From the NCBI GenBank assembly GCA_029953675.1, contig JAMWBK010000007.1, positions 868,001 through 932,000 of the forward strand: DNA of 64,000 bases. Reading direction: 5' to 3'. This document shows positions 48,400 through 60,952 of the stretch, piece after piece; position 1 is the stretch's first letter; every line of letters begins with the position of its first letter. This DNA comes from Rhodosorus marinus CCMP1338 (taxonomy: Eukaryota > Plantae > Rhodophyta). The notes under the pieces are model-generated. The model was not told the DNA's origin. It was given only the letters and a program-made list of their open reading frames with translations, and searched no databases. A program made the translations under genes and the position numbers.

Positions 48400-50800
48400 G
48401 TTTATTCAGAGGCAGCAACCCTGAGAGGAAGAACGCTAGGCTCACTGGGAGACCGGGATTCTAAGACTGGGCAAGCATTAGAATGCCACTGTATAAAGCT
48501 CATCGTCGAGAGGAAGCGCGAGTTTTTGCCTCATCCCGCTTGCGCAAACAGTCCAGACGCCAGGTCGACCCTGAGCTCTCCATGAATCAAAAAACCTCAA
48601 TAACAAGCGGAAAAGTGCCGGTGATAGTTGGTGTATGATAATTTCACTTGCCTTGTCTTGTGACACAGCCGCTTGCAGTTTGGTGCGTTCGGAAGTGCCT
48701 CCTGGTACACGACCACCTTCGGGGGGTGCATGATGCAAGCAGCCGCACCACGCTCTCGATTCAAAGATGAAAAACAACGCGAGCCAAGAGGACAGCATCA
48801 ACAAGCGTTCTGTAGACATCGGAGCCGCTATCGACATTCGCACCGCGCACCGGACGAAGAAACCTTGCTGCCCCCATTCTCTCTTGCGGAGTCGATCTCG
48901 CACTTCCAGACCGCTTAGCAGGTGGTTGATATTCGGGATCAGATCTACCCAATCATCAGAGCCATCGAGGATGGCTCCTCGATGGCACTCACTGCCAACA
49001 AAACCACACACGTCCTAGTACAGGACTAGCATCACCTGACCTCGAGAAATCCTCGCATACTTGCAAGCAGGCGAATTCCCGGCTGCGGGAGAGCGCCGTG
49101 GATTTGCCGCTGCCAGTATGAGACGTCGCAAAGAGTTGTAATATTCGGGGACCCTGTCTTCCCCAGGCATTTGTGCTTCGGCTCTAGCTCATCGCCTGGT
49201 ACCTCTGGTCATTGAGTGTTTTGGGTTTATGGATTCGGTTGGTTCTCGTTGGCATCGGGAATTGTTCTGCGAACACACCTGACCGTCTGTCCTCGTTGTT
49301 TACCGGTTTCACTTTCTTGCTGTGGCGTATGAACACTGCTTTGATGTTGGAGGCGCGATATCTTCGCCGCGCATAGTCTCTTTTCTTCCCCGCGAGGTTT
49401 TCTCTTGCAGTTTTCTGATTAAGCGAATTCATTCAATAAATCAAACAAACAAGGACGGTGTACTATATTCTTAGTACCAAATACTAAAAAAGTACAAAAA
49501 GCTAAATGATAGTACAAATAGTACGATTTATTGTACTAGTTTGTACTACTATCTTTAAATATTTGAACGCGAAGAGTGCAGATTTTGTGGGACTGCTTTG
49601 GAGGATGTCCTAGTTAGGGAAGAGAAGAAGGCGTGTGCAAGAGTTTCCAAGTTCTCTTTGAGCTGTTTGGAGGTAAGAATGGAAGAAAATCGAGGGTTAG
49701 GAGCGAGATCTGAGGGAGCTGAAGGCTCCCATGCGTATTCTACGCCTGTGAAGGGCCACGGGTCGAGTTCAGGCGGGCCCGGCGGCGCTGGGCATTGGCC
49801 GGGAGGGGGGCAAAAGTTTACTGTGGAAGGTGAGAGGTTTTGTTTTGCTGCGTTGATCCTGTTCTTGACTGGTTTCCGGAGCCTCCGTTTGCTTACCGTG
49901 CACGATCGGTACCCAGGCGTCATTTTTTTCATCGTGTTTTTAAATTTGATAAGATGGGCTTTTTGGTTCTTCCTGGACAGATTTGGATAGACTGGACGGA
50001 CGGGAATTGGCAAGGCTCGTGATGTACGCAGAAGAGGAGAGCTCCAGGTTAAACGCCTTAGAAAGTAAGTACTACCTACATGTCCTAAAAGCAAGTATTT
50101 GGAGGACAACGACAATCGTCTAATCCGGGGACTCTCTCTTCTTGATCTCCACAACAGTGGTCGAGGTTAGCCGGGCTGTGAACGCTGATAAAAGCCGTGA
50201 TTTAGATCAGCAGAGAGATGAACGATCTCAAACAGATCAGGAAAAGCAGGTCAATGAGAACAGCTGACGAGCGCCCAGTTCTGACTACTGTACCATGCTC
50301 CCAAACCCGGAGCCCGGGAATGGGGCACCCCTTGTCTATATTTCACGTGTAATGAATCCAACATATACCCTTACTTTTGCTACCGCTGGCCCTGATTCTA
50401 GACCTCGTCCCAAACCTTCGCCCATGCCGCACGTTCCTTGTCAGCATTTGGCGCTTATCCCGCCACGACCAGCACTCGATATGGCGCTAGTATGTAGCCC
50501 ATAGTCGGGTGTTTCCCTTGGTTCCAGCTCTCTTGCTACAAGGCCAGACTATCCTCTAACTGCAGTACGTCAGCAACGACAAGCGAGTACCCCGCAGGGG
50601 TGCTTGCAGAGCTTCAAGTGCAGTTTTTCATCCAAATGAGGCTGGTGTCCAACCCACATCAGCTGGCCCTGGAAACTCGATATGGCACGGGCATATACCC
50701 CCATCGCCACGGGTTTCCCTCAACTGCCATCACAAAAACTTGCCTTATAATGACGTCTCAAGTCCTGCAGAGCTCAGTAGAGTCGCGAGGTCGTTCGCCA
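48400..50800 (-). mobile_element. Heavily decayed non-LTR (LINE-like) retrotransposon relic: APE endonuclease plus RT
   Basis: Collinear, frameshifted or stop-broken motifs: VMAV.ET (about 50730), LVVAG*APNADKERAAW (50475-50425), MPGEDRVPEYY (49170-49138), RLRK..WGQQGF (48890-48860), RQG and LSPALF (48660-48610), LAL.LDD (48520-48500). Each motif is individually weak. Confidence 0.5.
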
Positions 50801-50924
50801 CGACCCTCAACCGCAGTGATGGAATTGAAATCTCCGATACAACCTGCACCATGCATCAACGCGCTATCTGTCTAACCGATTGTTCTGCTTGTTTCATTGG
50901 TTGCGATTCACCAGGACTGTCTTC

Positions 50925-51280
50925 TTGAGGTTACTGGAAAGACCCCCGAGCTTTTCGCAATTGTTCCCTCTCGCTCTCTCTCCCTCCGGCGAGCGAGGTG
51001 GATCTATTTTTCAGACTTCTTCAAAAGTCGTTCATTTTTGGACATTTTTGCAAAGTTAGTCTGGGATTCCGGCTCACCCTCTCTCTCGAGAGGCAAGCAG
51101 ATTTGTGGATGTGCTGGAATCAATCCATCTGTCTCGGTGGCCTAACCACCTGAACAACTTGAAGCTATCTGAAAGACGCCCGAGCTTTCCCCCATTGTTT
51201 TCTCTCGTTTCGCTACCTTCGGAGAAAGGTGGTTAGTTCCATCTCGCCCTCTCTCAAGAGAGACATGCAGATTTGTGGAG
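50925..51280. repeat. Degenerate tandem duplication with an internal deletion, downstream of the hydrolase gene
   Basis: cttga.g.ta..gaaagac.cccgagcttt...aggtgg...ccctctctc..gaga....gcagatttgtgga at approx. 50925-51109 and 51158-51279. Confidence 0.75.
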
Positions 51281-51386
51281 AGGTGTTCGGCTCCATCGAA
51301 GCACCTCGGATTTTTCCTTGGTGGCGTTCTCGTCTGTATGAGCTGCGATCTTGTCAATTCATCGGCGCTTCGATTGATAGCTCTGT

Positions 51387-52630
51387 CTATCTCTCAAGAA
51401 ACTCGTTGATGTAAGTGTACATCTCATCTTTCTCGAAGAGGTCGTTGTGCATGCCTCCAACGACTGCTCTGAAAGAGACGGAGCTGGCCATGGAAGCCAG
51501 TTCCTGGCCTTGAGAGAAAGGGATAATCTCGTCGCGATCACCGTGTATGATACAGGTCGGAATCTTGAGTTCTTTGATCTTCCTTGCGTTGTCAAACTTA
51601 TCGAAAAGCAGCGCCGGGAAGATGAACACGGGCCATGTAAGGTATATGGGAAGGATCTTCAGGATGAGACTCCGCAGCGATAGGAAAGGCGCAATCAGGA
51701 TTAGCTTCTTTCCAAACCCACGTCTCGCCATCTCCACAGCAATACCACAGCCAATCGACTCTCCTATCAGAATCAAGCTCTCATTCGAGATCATCAGACC
51801 TTCCGCATCAGTCAGAAACCTGCTTTTCATATGAACAGTTATTCACTCGTCAGCAGTGAGGGCCAACGGGTGACCATTCGTCTTATCAGAACGAAATTGT
51901 GACCTCAAGGCCGCTCGAACAGAGAGTGGAGAAGATATATCTATCCGCTTTCTCTGTGGTGAGAGAGATGGGGAGATCGATCGGTTCTTCTCCTTATGGA
52001 GAGAGAGGTGGAGCGATGTATCTCTCCGTCTCTCTACCTCTGGAGAGAGGAATAGATGCGTCTTCTATACGCAAATATCTCTAGACGTCAGTGAACGTTT
52101 TCGGCAGTGAAAGACGTACTCCAGTGCGCGTTGTGCAGCTGAATACGCCGACGTTTCTGAAGGGTAACCTCCTTCGCTTGCGATACCATATCCTGGGTAC
52201 CTACGGTGTGCCGGAGTGCGAAGATCATATCCGTTAAGAAGGGGGAATGCCAACGCGAACGTCGTTGTTGATCTTGGATGGTAGCAACCTACTCAACCGC
52301 GAGGAATCCATAACCAAAGTTTGCGTTGAGCGTGCGGGCGACGTACTCCGGTCCCCATCCTATCTGGTCGGCATTTCCATGGAAGTGGACGAAGGTGGGA
52401 AGCTCAGCCCGGGCCGGAGGAACGTGTAACATCGCCACATCCTTTGCTCTCGTCCCTCTCCTCTCCGTGCTGCTGAGCACCCGGACCTGCCCGTACGTCG
52501 GTCGAGCGACCTCCTTCGGGCGCATCCATATTAGTCGCCTTTGCGCCGCGACAACCGCTCCAAGGAGAGTCAAGTAGCCGCCTCCGAGACCAAGAAAGGA
52601 TACTTTCATCACGTCTACCCAAGCTACCAT
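51387..52630 (-). CDS. Alpha/beta hydrolase (ABHD17/BEM46-like); exons 52630-52293, 52200-52120, 51819-51387
   Basis: N-terminal TM segment, FHGNADQ, EYPGYG, GESIG nucleophile elbow, HGDRDE and GGMHND. Both introns are phase 2; the second is 300 nt. Confidence 0.92.
51920..52085. repeat. GA/CT-block hairpin repeat inside hydrolase intron 2
   Basis: Alternating (ct)n/(ga)n blocks, e.g. cgatgtatctctccgtctctctacctctggagagaggaatag. Confidence 0.65.
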
Positions 52631-53865
52631 CCTTTCTACTAAAAGTGATCCCTTCAGCGTTCCTTTAAACCGCTTGGCCTTCGGTCGGAAACTGTTGAGT
52701 AGAAGGCTTTCAGAGTTCCCTTCTCAGCCAATACTCAAGTTAAGGTCTTGGTCACTCCGTTGTCACTTTGTCTCAGCTTCGTGGTCCTCGTCAATGTTAC
52801 GGAGCATTCCGTTTGGGTAGTTTCGTGTTCAAAAGCTTGCGAGAGAGAAGGTTTGAGGGCACTTGATCGGCGGATGGCTGTAGAGAGGGAGATGGAGGTT
52901 GCGACAAACGCTCTCGATTGCTTTTTGTACATTGAGAGAGAAATAGAAGCGTTCTGCAGAAGCTACGGACTTTTGCGGATGGCAGTGAGAGAGAGGGGAG
53001 CGGGTGGTGTCGGGGCTCCTTCTACTGGGTACAAGAGCCAGCCGACTTGGAAGAAGCGATCAGGGGCTCATATGCAACCGCGCGGCCGCTGAAATAGTTG
53101 TCACTGCATTTGGGAAAACTTAAATTGGGAGCACCAACGAAGGTACGAGCCAACCCGAAAGGCAAAGAGCATCCTGAGTTCTGGAGTCGTCTCTGCGTAT
53201 GAGTAAAGAAAATTCTAAGTCCGGATTTCTCGCGAGGGCTTTCCGTAGCTTGAAATTTCTTTTTCTCATGGCTCCTTCGTAGTCCGTCTGCACTGGAGCC
53301 GACGACCTGCCTTTGACCTCCGACTAAGGCAAAACCCCAGCAAAGAGACACTTAACAAACCTCTGAAAACTAAACAACTCTCTTTTCAGTCGCACAAGGA
53401 TGTCAATCAAAATAACCATTTATATTAAAATTAAGAACTAATTTCCTTTTGTTCACTAAAATGACTGAATCCAAATACGACAGTTAAACCAACCTTGATC
53501 TAGTATAAGCTATCTAAGCATCACTTGTGTGTGAAACCACTTAGGCCATACTACCCAAATATAAAATAAAAACATCATAGAAAAAGATCAAAACGTCGAT
53601 ACAGGAACACTTTGAAGGTTTACTATCCTTTTTAATGGATAATATTGTCTATATTTGGAAGATTCAAACGGCCTAGTGGGGTTGTGGTGTTGTGGCCGTT
53701 TTAGGAGGTGGAGAAAGCTGGTGGGGAGGGTGAAAGGCCTTGCAGACGTTGGGGAAGGAATTTTGGTGAGATCTTTGGGGATGGAAATCTATTTACCGTG
53801 GTGAGAAATCTTGTTAAATAGCGTCCCTTTGAGTGAAGGTTTTTTGATTTCCTTCTGAACCCAGG

Positions 53866-55314
53866 ATGGATCGACGTTTGAGGTTACCATGGGTTGTTAT
53901 CCTTTGGATGAGTTTTGGGATATGGATTGTTTCGGGAAAGGGTCAGGAGAAGGGTGAAACTGTGGAGAGGATTGTCTATCGATCGGGATCTTCGGAAGAG
54001 AGCCACGTGAAATCGGCTATGGAAGCGCAGAATGTGAGAGTCAAGTTGTCTGCGGCTGAGGAACGCGTCAAGTCGCTTGTTTCGAAGCTCGATGCTGTGT
54101 CTGAGGATGCCAGCCGTGCCAGGCTTGAGATCCACTCGACGCTGCTTGAAGCGTGGAACATTGTAGATCTGTTAGGAAAGGATCGATGCGGAGATGCTGT
54201 TCTTGAGGTACGTCGAGTCTTTTCCCTGAATGGTTTAGCAACTGGGGCCCGTTTCTAACCGAGAATTCGGGGACGTTTATTCTACGCCTGACAGGTTAGG
54301 AAGAAGCAGCAATCGGCGGAAGAAAGAGCCTCGAGCTTGGAAGTGGATATTAAGAAATTCAGAGAGGATGCTTCAGTCTTTGAAAGCCAGGCGAGCAAAC
54401 TGAAGATCGAGCTGGAAGGCTTCCGAACTAGTTTCGACTTGGAGAGGAAGAAGCGGGAGGAGTATGAAGTGGAACTGGAAGGCGTGAAAGCTCGACTTAA
54501 GCATGCACTGTCCGTGACCGACCATTCCGAGTCGTTCAGCGCCGTTCAAACGCAGATGAAACAGCTCGCTGCGAAATTCGAGGATCGAAAGGAGTTGCTA
54601 TTGCAGATTCTCGGCTACGTGAAATCAGATCTCGAATTGGCGGAGTCGTTTGATCCGATCCTCTCCGACATCAAGAACATGCTCATCGAACATGAGGAGA
54701 GCTACTCTTCAACTATCGCTTCCATCAAGCTTGATCCGTCGCAGGTAAATCGATCAGCCAATATGAGTGTCAACGAACGGAGCTGAGAAGCCCTCGAGCT
54801 GATCCGTTTCCGGTTCCCTCTCCTGTTTTCTTAGCTTGCCGGAGCACTGCAGAAGCAAAAGCTGCTCGAGCAGCAACTAAGGGAGGCTCACCTCGACCGC
54901 GAGCAGGCCTTGAAGAACCTCGAGCTGATGCAGGATCACGTTAGGTCGATCAAAGTGAAGCCCCTTCGGACGGTGGATTCCGGCGGCTCGATGCTAGGCA
55001 CGCTTTCGCTCATGTTTGTCTCCCTGCTGTTCGGTATGTTCCTCGTCTTCGTCTTCCGAATCTACGGCGGGGTCGACAGCGTGTTCAAGTCAGAAGCTCA
55101 GCCCCTTGACGAGGGACTCGGCTCGCCAGTAGGAAGTGCGGTCACCGGGAACGCGGGCTCCACCCCACATCCGAGGGGGTCCCTAGCGCGATCTACCCCT
55201 AGGTCAAGAGGCCCGAGCTCCGCAGGTTCAACACCCGCAAGCGGGTTTTACCACTCTGATAGAAGTCCAATGACGTACGTCCGAAGTGCAGGATCCCCAT
55301 CATACAGGGACTAG
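53866..55314 (+). CDS. Uncharacterised coiled-coil type I membrane protein; exons 53866-54207, 54295-54744, 54835-55314
   Basis: Three phase-0 GT-AG-joined exons. Signal-peptide-like N-terminus, long heptad-rich region, hydrophobic LGTLSLMFVSLLFGMFLVFVF and a Ser/Pro/Gly-rich tail. Confidence 0.8.
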
Positions 55315-56139
55315 GAGATCTCTTGACGAAAAGACGAAAAGATTTTGTTCGCGAGCATTCGTCACAGGTGAAGGTTCCTTGTCGAGGGAGAAAAAGGGTT
55401 GGAAGAAGCTGAGGCCCCGCCTCCACCCACTCAAGAAGAAATTGCTCAAGCAAAAAAGCCTCCACAAAAAATTTGAGGACGAGGCATAGACAACGGGGCA
55501 GAAGGTCAACGCAAGGAAACGTCTCGAAAGTCGTGGGGCTGGTTTCTCTCCGTCTTGATGAATTCCATGTCGAAGATGCTGGTCAGGACGTCGTGGTGAA
55601 GATCAGCTTTTTAGCCAGCTCGTTCACACCTGGAGTGTCCATTATCTCCGACGACTGCTCAGGTTTTTGGAAATCGGAGCGCCCTACTGTGTGGCGTGTC
55701 TGTTTCTCTTTTGTTTGAGGCTATTCTCAGAACGCAAAGACAGAGAGGTTACAAGAAATGGATCACAATTCAACATTGATTTTTGGTTCTTGGATTCGGC
55801 GGGCTCGCCCCCTCCCCGGTTCAGTCTAGCACCTCGCTTCCAAATCAGTGAGCAACGCGGAAGCCCGTCCGTGTCCTTGTGAACCGTGTTACGACTCTTT
55901 CTTAAGAGCGCTACTCTGCCATCAGCAAGGCCACCGCTCTTGCCTCCATAGCTCAGAAAAACCAGGCGTTCACTGAAAGTGGCAATGACGGACTCATTGA
56001 TCGAGTTCGTGTCCAAGCCGTAGTCGTTAAAAGAGCTCTGCTTCTTGTATGTTTTGTTCTCAGTAAGCAGACCCGTCGGGCTCAGAAGCGCTCTTCGTCA
56101 ACCAAACTGTTTCAACGGAGGAGCGCTTTAGAGTATGTC

Positions 56140-56350
56140 GTTTTATCTTCCTCTCTCTCTGGAGAGGGAGAAATATAGAGGAATGCTTATACCTCTCGTC
56201 TCTCCACAGAGAGAGATATATTTAGGACGATATGTCTCCTCTCCCTCTGGAGGGGGGAAACATAGATAGAACAATAGCTCTCTTTCTCTAGATCTCCTCT
56301 ATCTATAAATAGAGAGAGAGATAGGTAAAACGATGTGCCTCCTCTCTAAT
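56140..56350. repeat. GA/CT-block hairpin repeat, same family as 51920-52085
   Basis: Units such as ctctctctggagagggagaaatatag and cgatatgtctcctctccctctggaggggggaaacatag, bracketed by GTATGT (56133) and GACAG (56356). Confidence 0.65.
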
Positions 56351-56619
56351 AGACAGATGAAGTCGGTTTGCTGGAGCACCAACAAGCTCGTCCACCTTCC
56401 TCCTCACCGAAAAGGAAGGTGAAGATCAGTTGCTCTCATCGGAATTGTTTCGGTTTTTTTTTTTTTTTCGGGAGTTTTCGTTTTCAATGATCGGGATTGG
56501 TAAGGGAAGACGCGAAGTGCTGTGATAGAAGCAGCAAGGCTGAGCACGTAGGCGATGAGCAATGATGGAACTTTTTCGGCTGTTTTTTGTTTAAGACTTG
56601 ATTAGTTGAAGCGGAAAGC

Positions 56620-59600
56620 ATGGGAGACGGATTAGAAACGATCGAACCTCTAAATGAAGAATACGAGGTACTGAATTGAGCTAGAAGAAACGGCGCATCT
56701 CGACAGGAATGTTGATTTTGTTTGCGCATAGAAGGGAGGCTGACTTGTGCACCTGCTCTCCTGTTTCTGTGTCTGTGTGGGGGTTTTAAGGATGATGCAT
56801 TCGATCTATCTGAAAACGCAGCATTCTATTCGATCGATAAAATGGCGGATATTCTGCTCTACGCCGAAGATCAGGACAAGGAACTTATTCTTGACGAACT
56901 AGAGCAGCTACTGGGACACTGTCCCGATGACTTTCAGGGTATTTTACTCCCCGTGATCTGCACTCAGTGCGTTCAGTGGTCGACGGATCTTCAATTCAAG
57001 TCTGCACAGGTGAGATGTTCTACCCAACACAGAAGATCAGACGTCAAGAGGGTAAGACGGCTTTCTGGTTCCTAGAATTCATCCAAAACCATGTCAGAGG
57101 GGAATTGATCTCCTAAATGGTTGTTTGACACACCTCGGCGAGAATCGAAGAGCGCCCATTTCGGGGGCGTATCTGCGTGTACGAGTACTTCCATTCCTCT
57201 TCAACCCCCCCGTGCAAAGCTGAAACGAAAGTCACTGCAGAAGATGGCCCAAACCGGGAGAGTATTTACTACGAAACGCGCGTCTGTTGCTTGCAAGGTC
57301 TCGGCTAAGATATCGAACTACGCCTTAGGGAGTAGGGGACTCGAATCCCAGAAAATCTATTAGCAGCGCCAAGAGCGTTTAGTCAAGCTTTCCATTGAAC
57401 CCAACAAAGCTCCGGCGACTTTGCCGAGGCAGTTAAGAAGGGGGAAGAGCGGGAATCGGAATCGGAATCGGATTGACAAAGGCAGACAGGTTCCAAGTCA
57501 CCTTACCAACCGTGAACTTGTACTGTGGTTTAATCCCGAGGAGGGGAGCTATGACGCTGCGGAGACCTGGAAACGCAGCTCTTTGTAGTCTTCCCGGGGT
57601 CACTATCGTCGATGTGGAAACAATTTGTTTTGCTCACCGGAAGTACTGCTCTCTGTTGTTTAATAGGCTCTTTCATACATAGTTGCCTATCCGATCTCTC
57701 CCGATGCGGGAAAGGAGATTATGAACTGCTCAATTCGAATGCTCAACGAAGATACCAAGCTCCGAAATCAAGATCGGGTGTTCTACTTTCAAGTGTGGAG
57801 CGGGCTTCTCGTGGAGTCAATGCATGTGACCAACATTCCCGTGTTCAAGGAGGATATTGATCGACTCCTGCAGCTGGGCAACCGATTCTCAGAAGATCGG
57901 CGCATGGAAAACAGAAAGGCGGCTGGAAGGATCTACGGAGCGGCTTGCACTGCTTGCGACAGAAAGCTGGCTGAATCTGAGATCCTTCAACGCGTCCTCA
58001 AGCTGTCTTACGACAAGGACGTGATCGTGCTCGGCACGGCAATCGAGGCGATGGTTATGTTGGCCGAGTCAATTGGACTGAACACGATACAGGGAGTGCT
58101 ATGGCCGCGAATTCTGAAAACAATCAATGCCGGCGATGTCCGAGTACGATGCACGGCGCTGCGAACCGTCGCGACCATACTCCAGAACATCAGAGACCGT
58201 AATCTGGCCTCAGATGCCGACAGCTTGTTCTTTAGAAAATCCGTAGCTTCGCTCCTAGTCGCTGAAGCCGATATGATCGTACGCGATGCCAAGGAGGACC
58301 TACGAAACGTCCCTGATGAGATATACATGACCCTTGAAGTTCAGTCGGAGATCCTTGGGGAGCTTTTGTACACGGCGGTGGATGCTCTCGACCCACAATC
58401 GACAGTTGACGTTTACCACGTAAGTTTGGAGGCAGACCCCGGGACAGGCGGAGTGGTACAGCTTGAAGATCTGACGCCGCCTCCGCGTCCTGTTTGGGGA
58501 GGCAGAAGAGCATACGACTAATACGCCTTTTCTGAACTGGTAAACTGGACAGGCGTACATATCTTTGGCGAGTTGCAACGGTCCCCTGCTAAGAAGGAAC
58601 GTGGCGTACAACTTTCCGGGTTTCTCGAAGTGCATGAGCGGCAAGTATGGCGACCTTGGTGCGGTCTTCACACTGCTCTGTCACGACAGAGATGATGAGG
58701 TTCGATGGAAAGTATCGGCTGGTCTTCACGAGTCTTTGAAAATCCTGCTCAAGGATCCGATGGTGGACAGCGCCGCAGCTGGCAAGTGCGTCGTTACCCT
58801 GTTGACCGACGAGAACCTCGCGGTTAGTGGTAACGTGGTTGAGCATCTCGAGGAGCTCATCAAGAGTTTTAGAGAGGAAAACCTCGATGATCATGTACGC
58901 ACGAACATGTGAATGGAGACGCTTTCCAGTGGGGCTTGACATACTAACCTGCGGATCGAACCCCGTATTTGTGTCTTCAAGGTTAACCTTCTGCTTACCG
59001 GATTGAGTCAGCTCGAAGGCATGGTGGACGGGAGTTGGCGTCTGCAGGAGATGATCTGCGAGCAGCTGAAGAACTGCATCACCCTCTTCGATGGACCGAC
59101 GATTGCTGGAGTGATTCTCCCTTTGCTGTGGAACTTGACGCAGCAGGGGATGCCGCCAGTGAGGGAGAGCGCGGCGGAGACGATCATGCACTGCCTCCGC
59201 AACATTGACGACAAGGATTTGCTCAACTTCTCCGTGAAAAAGTTCTACATAAGGCTCGGCTCCTTTGAGAATCCTTATCGCATCCGTCTCAACCTCCTCG
59301 ATGCCGCTGTGGAAGGCACTCGGGTAATATTAAGCTTCTCAAAAAGAGCAGCTCAAGACAGTCCGATCCAACCTTCTTCTTAGCATATTTTCTTGCTCGC
59401 ATAGATCTTTTCATCTGTTTTCTTCAGAGAGTTCTTCTGCCAGGCCGTCGTTGACCTAGCTGAAGATCCGCTGTCAAATGTACGACTAAAAATTGCGAGG
59501 CACGTTCCAGAATTGATGCCTGTCTGCGGCACCGTTCCGGAGTTCAAGTCTATGCTACGAGAGCTCCAAAAGGACAAGGATCAGGACGTATCGACGGCAA

Positions 59601-60022
59601 TCAAGTCAATGGGAAATCCTCTCGGTGGCAAGGTTGGGCAGTGGCAAACTCCCGAGTGGATCGCTAGGGATAGGCAGAAGTTGAAAGAGGAGAGACTATT
59701 CTTCACGAGGGAGTTGGAGAGGAATAGCCCGGCAAAGGACGGCGGCCTTGGCACGGGACGCAACGGGAGTATACGCGGGGTCGGTGGTGTGCGGAAACAG
59801 AGTCAGTCCGGTCGAAATTCTGCTTCGCCGCAAAAGGAAACCGCAGCAGAGGAGTCGGACGCGGCGTTCATCTCCAGTCTTCGCTCGGGACCGCACAAAT
59901 CTCGTGACGCAGTCCCATCTGCGGTCGACCGGGACCTAAACTCCGGCCAGGTTTCCGTCGATGAAGACCAGCAGCCATTACCCATTACAAAGTCCTTCAT
60001 GAGGCTCTGGGGAAAGGGTTAA
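56620..60022 (+). CDS. HEAT-repeat protein, PP4 regulatory subunit 4 (PP4R4)-like; exons approx. 56620-56667, 56791-57009, (57241-57330 uncertain), 57683-58419, 58553-58894, 58982-59323, 59405-60022
   Basis: HEAT motifs DRDDEVRWKVSAGLHE, SWRLQEMICEQL, PVRESAA and LAEDPLSNVRLK, then a basic/Ser-rich tail. The third exon is poorly constrained. Confidence 0.78.
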
Positions 60023-60952
60023 GCCCTGCTTCAGTTCTCTACGGCTCTGGAGGCTGGGTTGGGGTGCTACCAAGAAAAGCGTATTTATTGAACGAGCGAA
60101 GCAGTATTTTTATTGTCATGTTGAGGACACGAGAGCGCACAAGTTTTATTTAAAAACCGGATCACTACCGTCCCGTGCGTCAGGTTGCTAAATCATTTTC
60201 TATTTAGGAACACTGCTCTCGGCCTCCAAAACTGGGTTGAACAAGCTATCTTGCAAAAAGGGCCGGCACACCCTTGGACAGCCAATTTGCCCGCAACAAG
60301 GACACAAGCAGACAAAGTACAAACCTGTCGGGATTGTCGTGATTTTCGTTGAGAAACCAAAAGTCCTTCCCCTTTTGGCGGATTTGCCGGGCCTCATTAC
60401 AGTTCCTGCTTGGCCTTGTGGGGATAGCCCTAGTTGGTCGAAGGCTAGATCAAGAAAGATCAAGCCCATACGCCAGAAGGCTTTGATTGACACCTGCTCT
60501 TGCAAAAGTTCAATTGGCGCGAACTAGGCCACGGTCTCGTGCTTGGACAACAATGCTAGGTCTCTTCTCGAAGTTTGTATCCTGAGAGCTGTGCATGTAT
60601 TCATCTCCAAACGGAGGGGTTCAAACACCTATCCAAATCTTTTCTATCACCAAACTGCTCTAATATTAGTAAATACTGAGCGTCCATTACAAAAACCATT
60701 TAAGTTACTAAGAATTTCAAAGCGCCGTTGTCCCCAACCACAACCTGTCTTCACAAACCCGTCCGCAGGCTCCTTGTTCGCAAGAGCACCTAGTCCGGGA
60801 TTCCCAAAACAACTCTTCATTCAGTCGGTTAAGGATTTCTTGACCTGTTCTCATCCACTATTCCCAGTCCGTCCAAGACGCTTTGTTCTACACTCTACTG
60901 TCAAATGGGATGTTGTCCACAGCACGCGCCTAGCGCCTCAAGTCTGTCCAGA

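Noticed and set aside
52748-53092. 114-aa plus-strand ORF upstream of the hydrolase
   Set aside because: Non-ATG start, no motif, and it lies in the hydrolase leader/promoter region.
57448-57472. (GGAATC)3 repeat, and the many poly-G/poly-C runs (e.g. about 19 C at 2184-2202)
   Set aside because: Ordinary microsatellite or homopolymer tracts in introns and leaders; not telomeric arrays.
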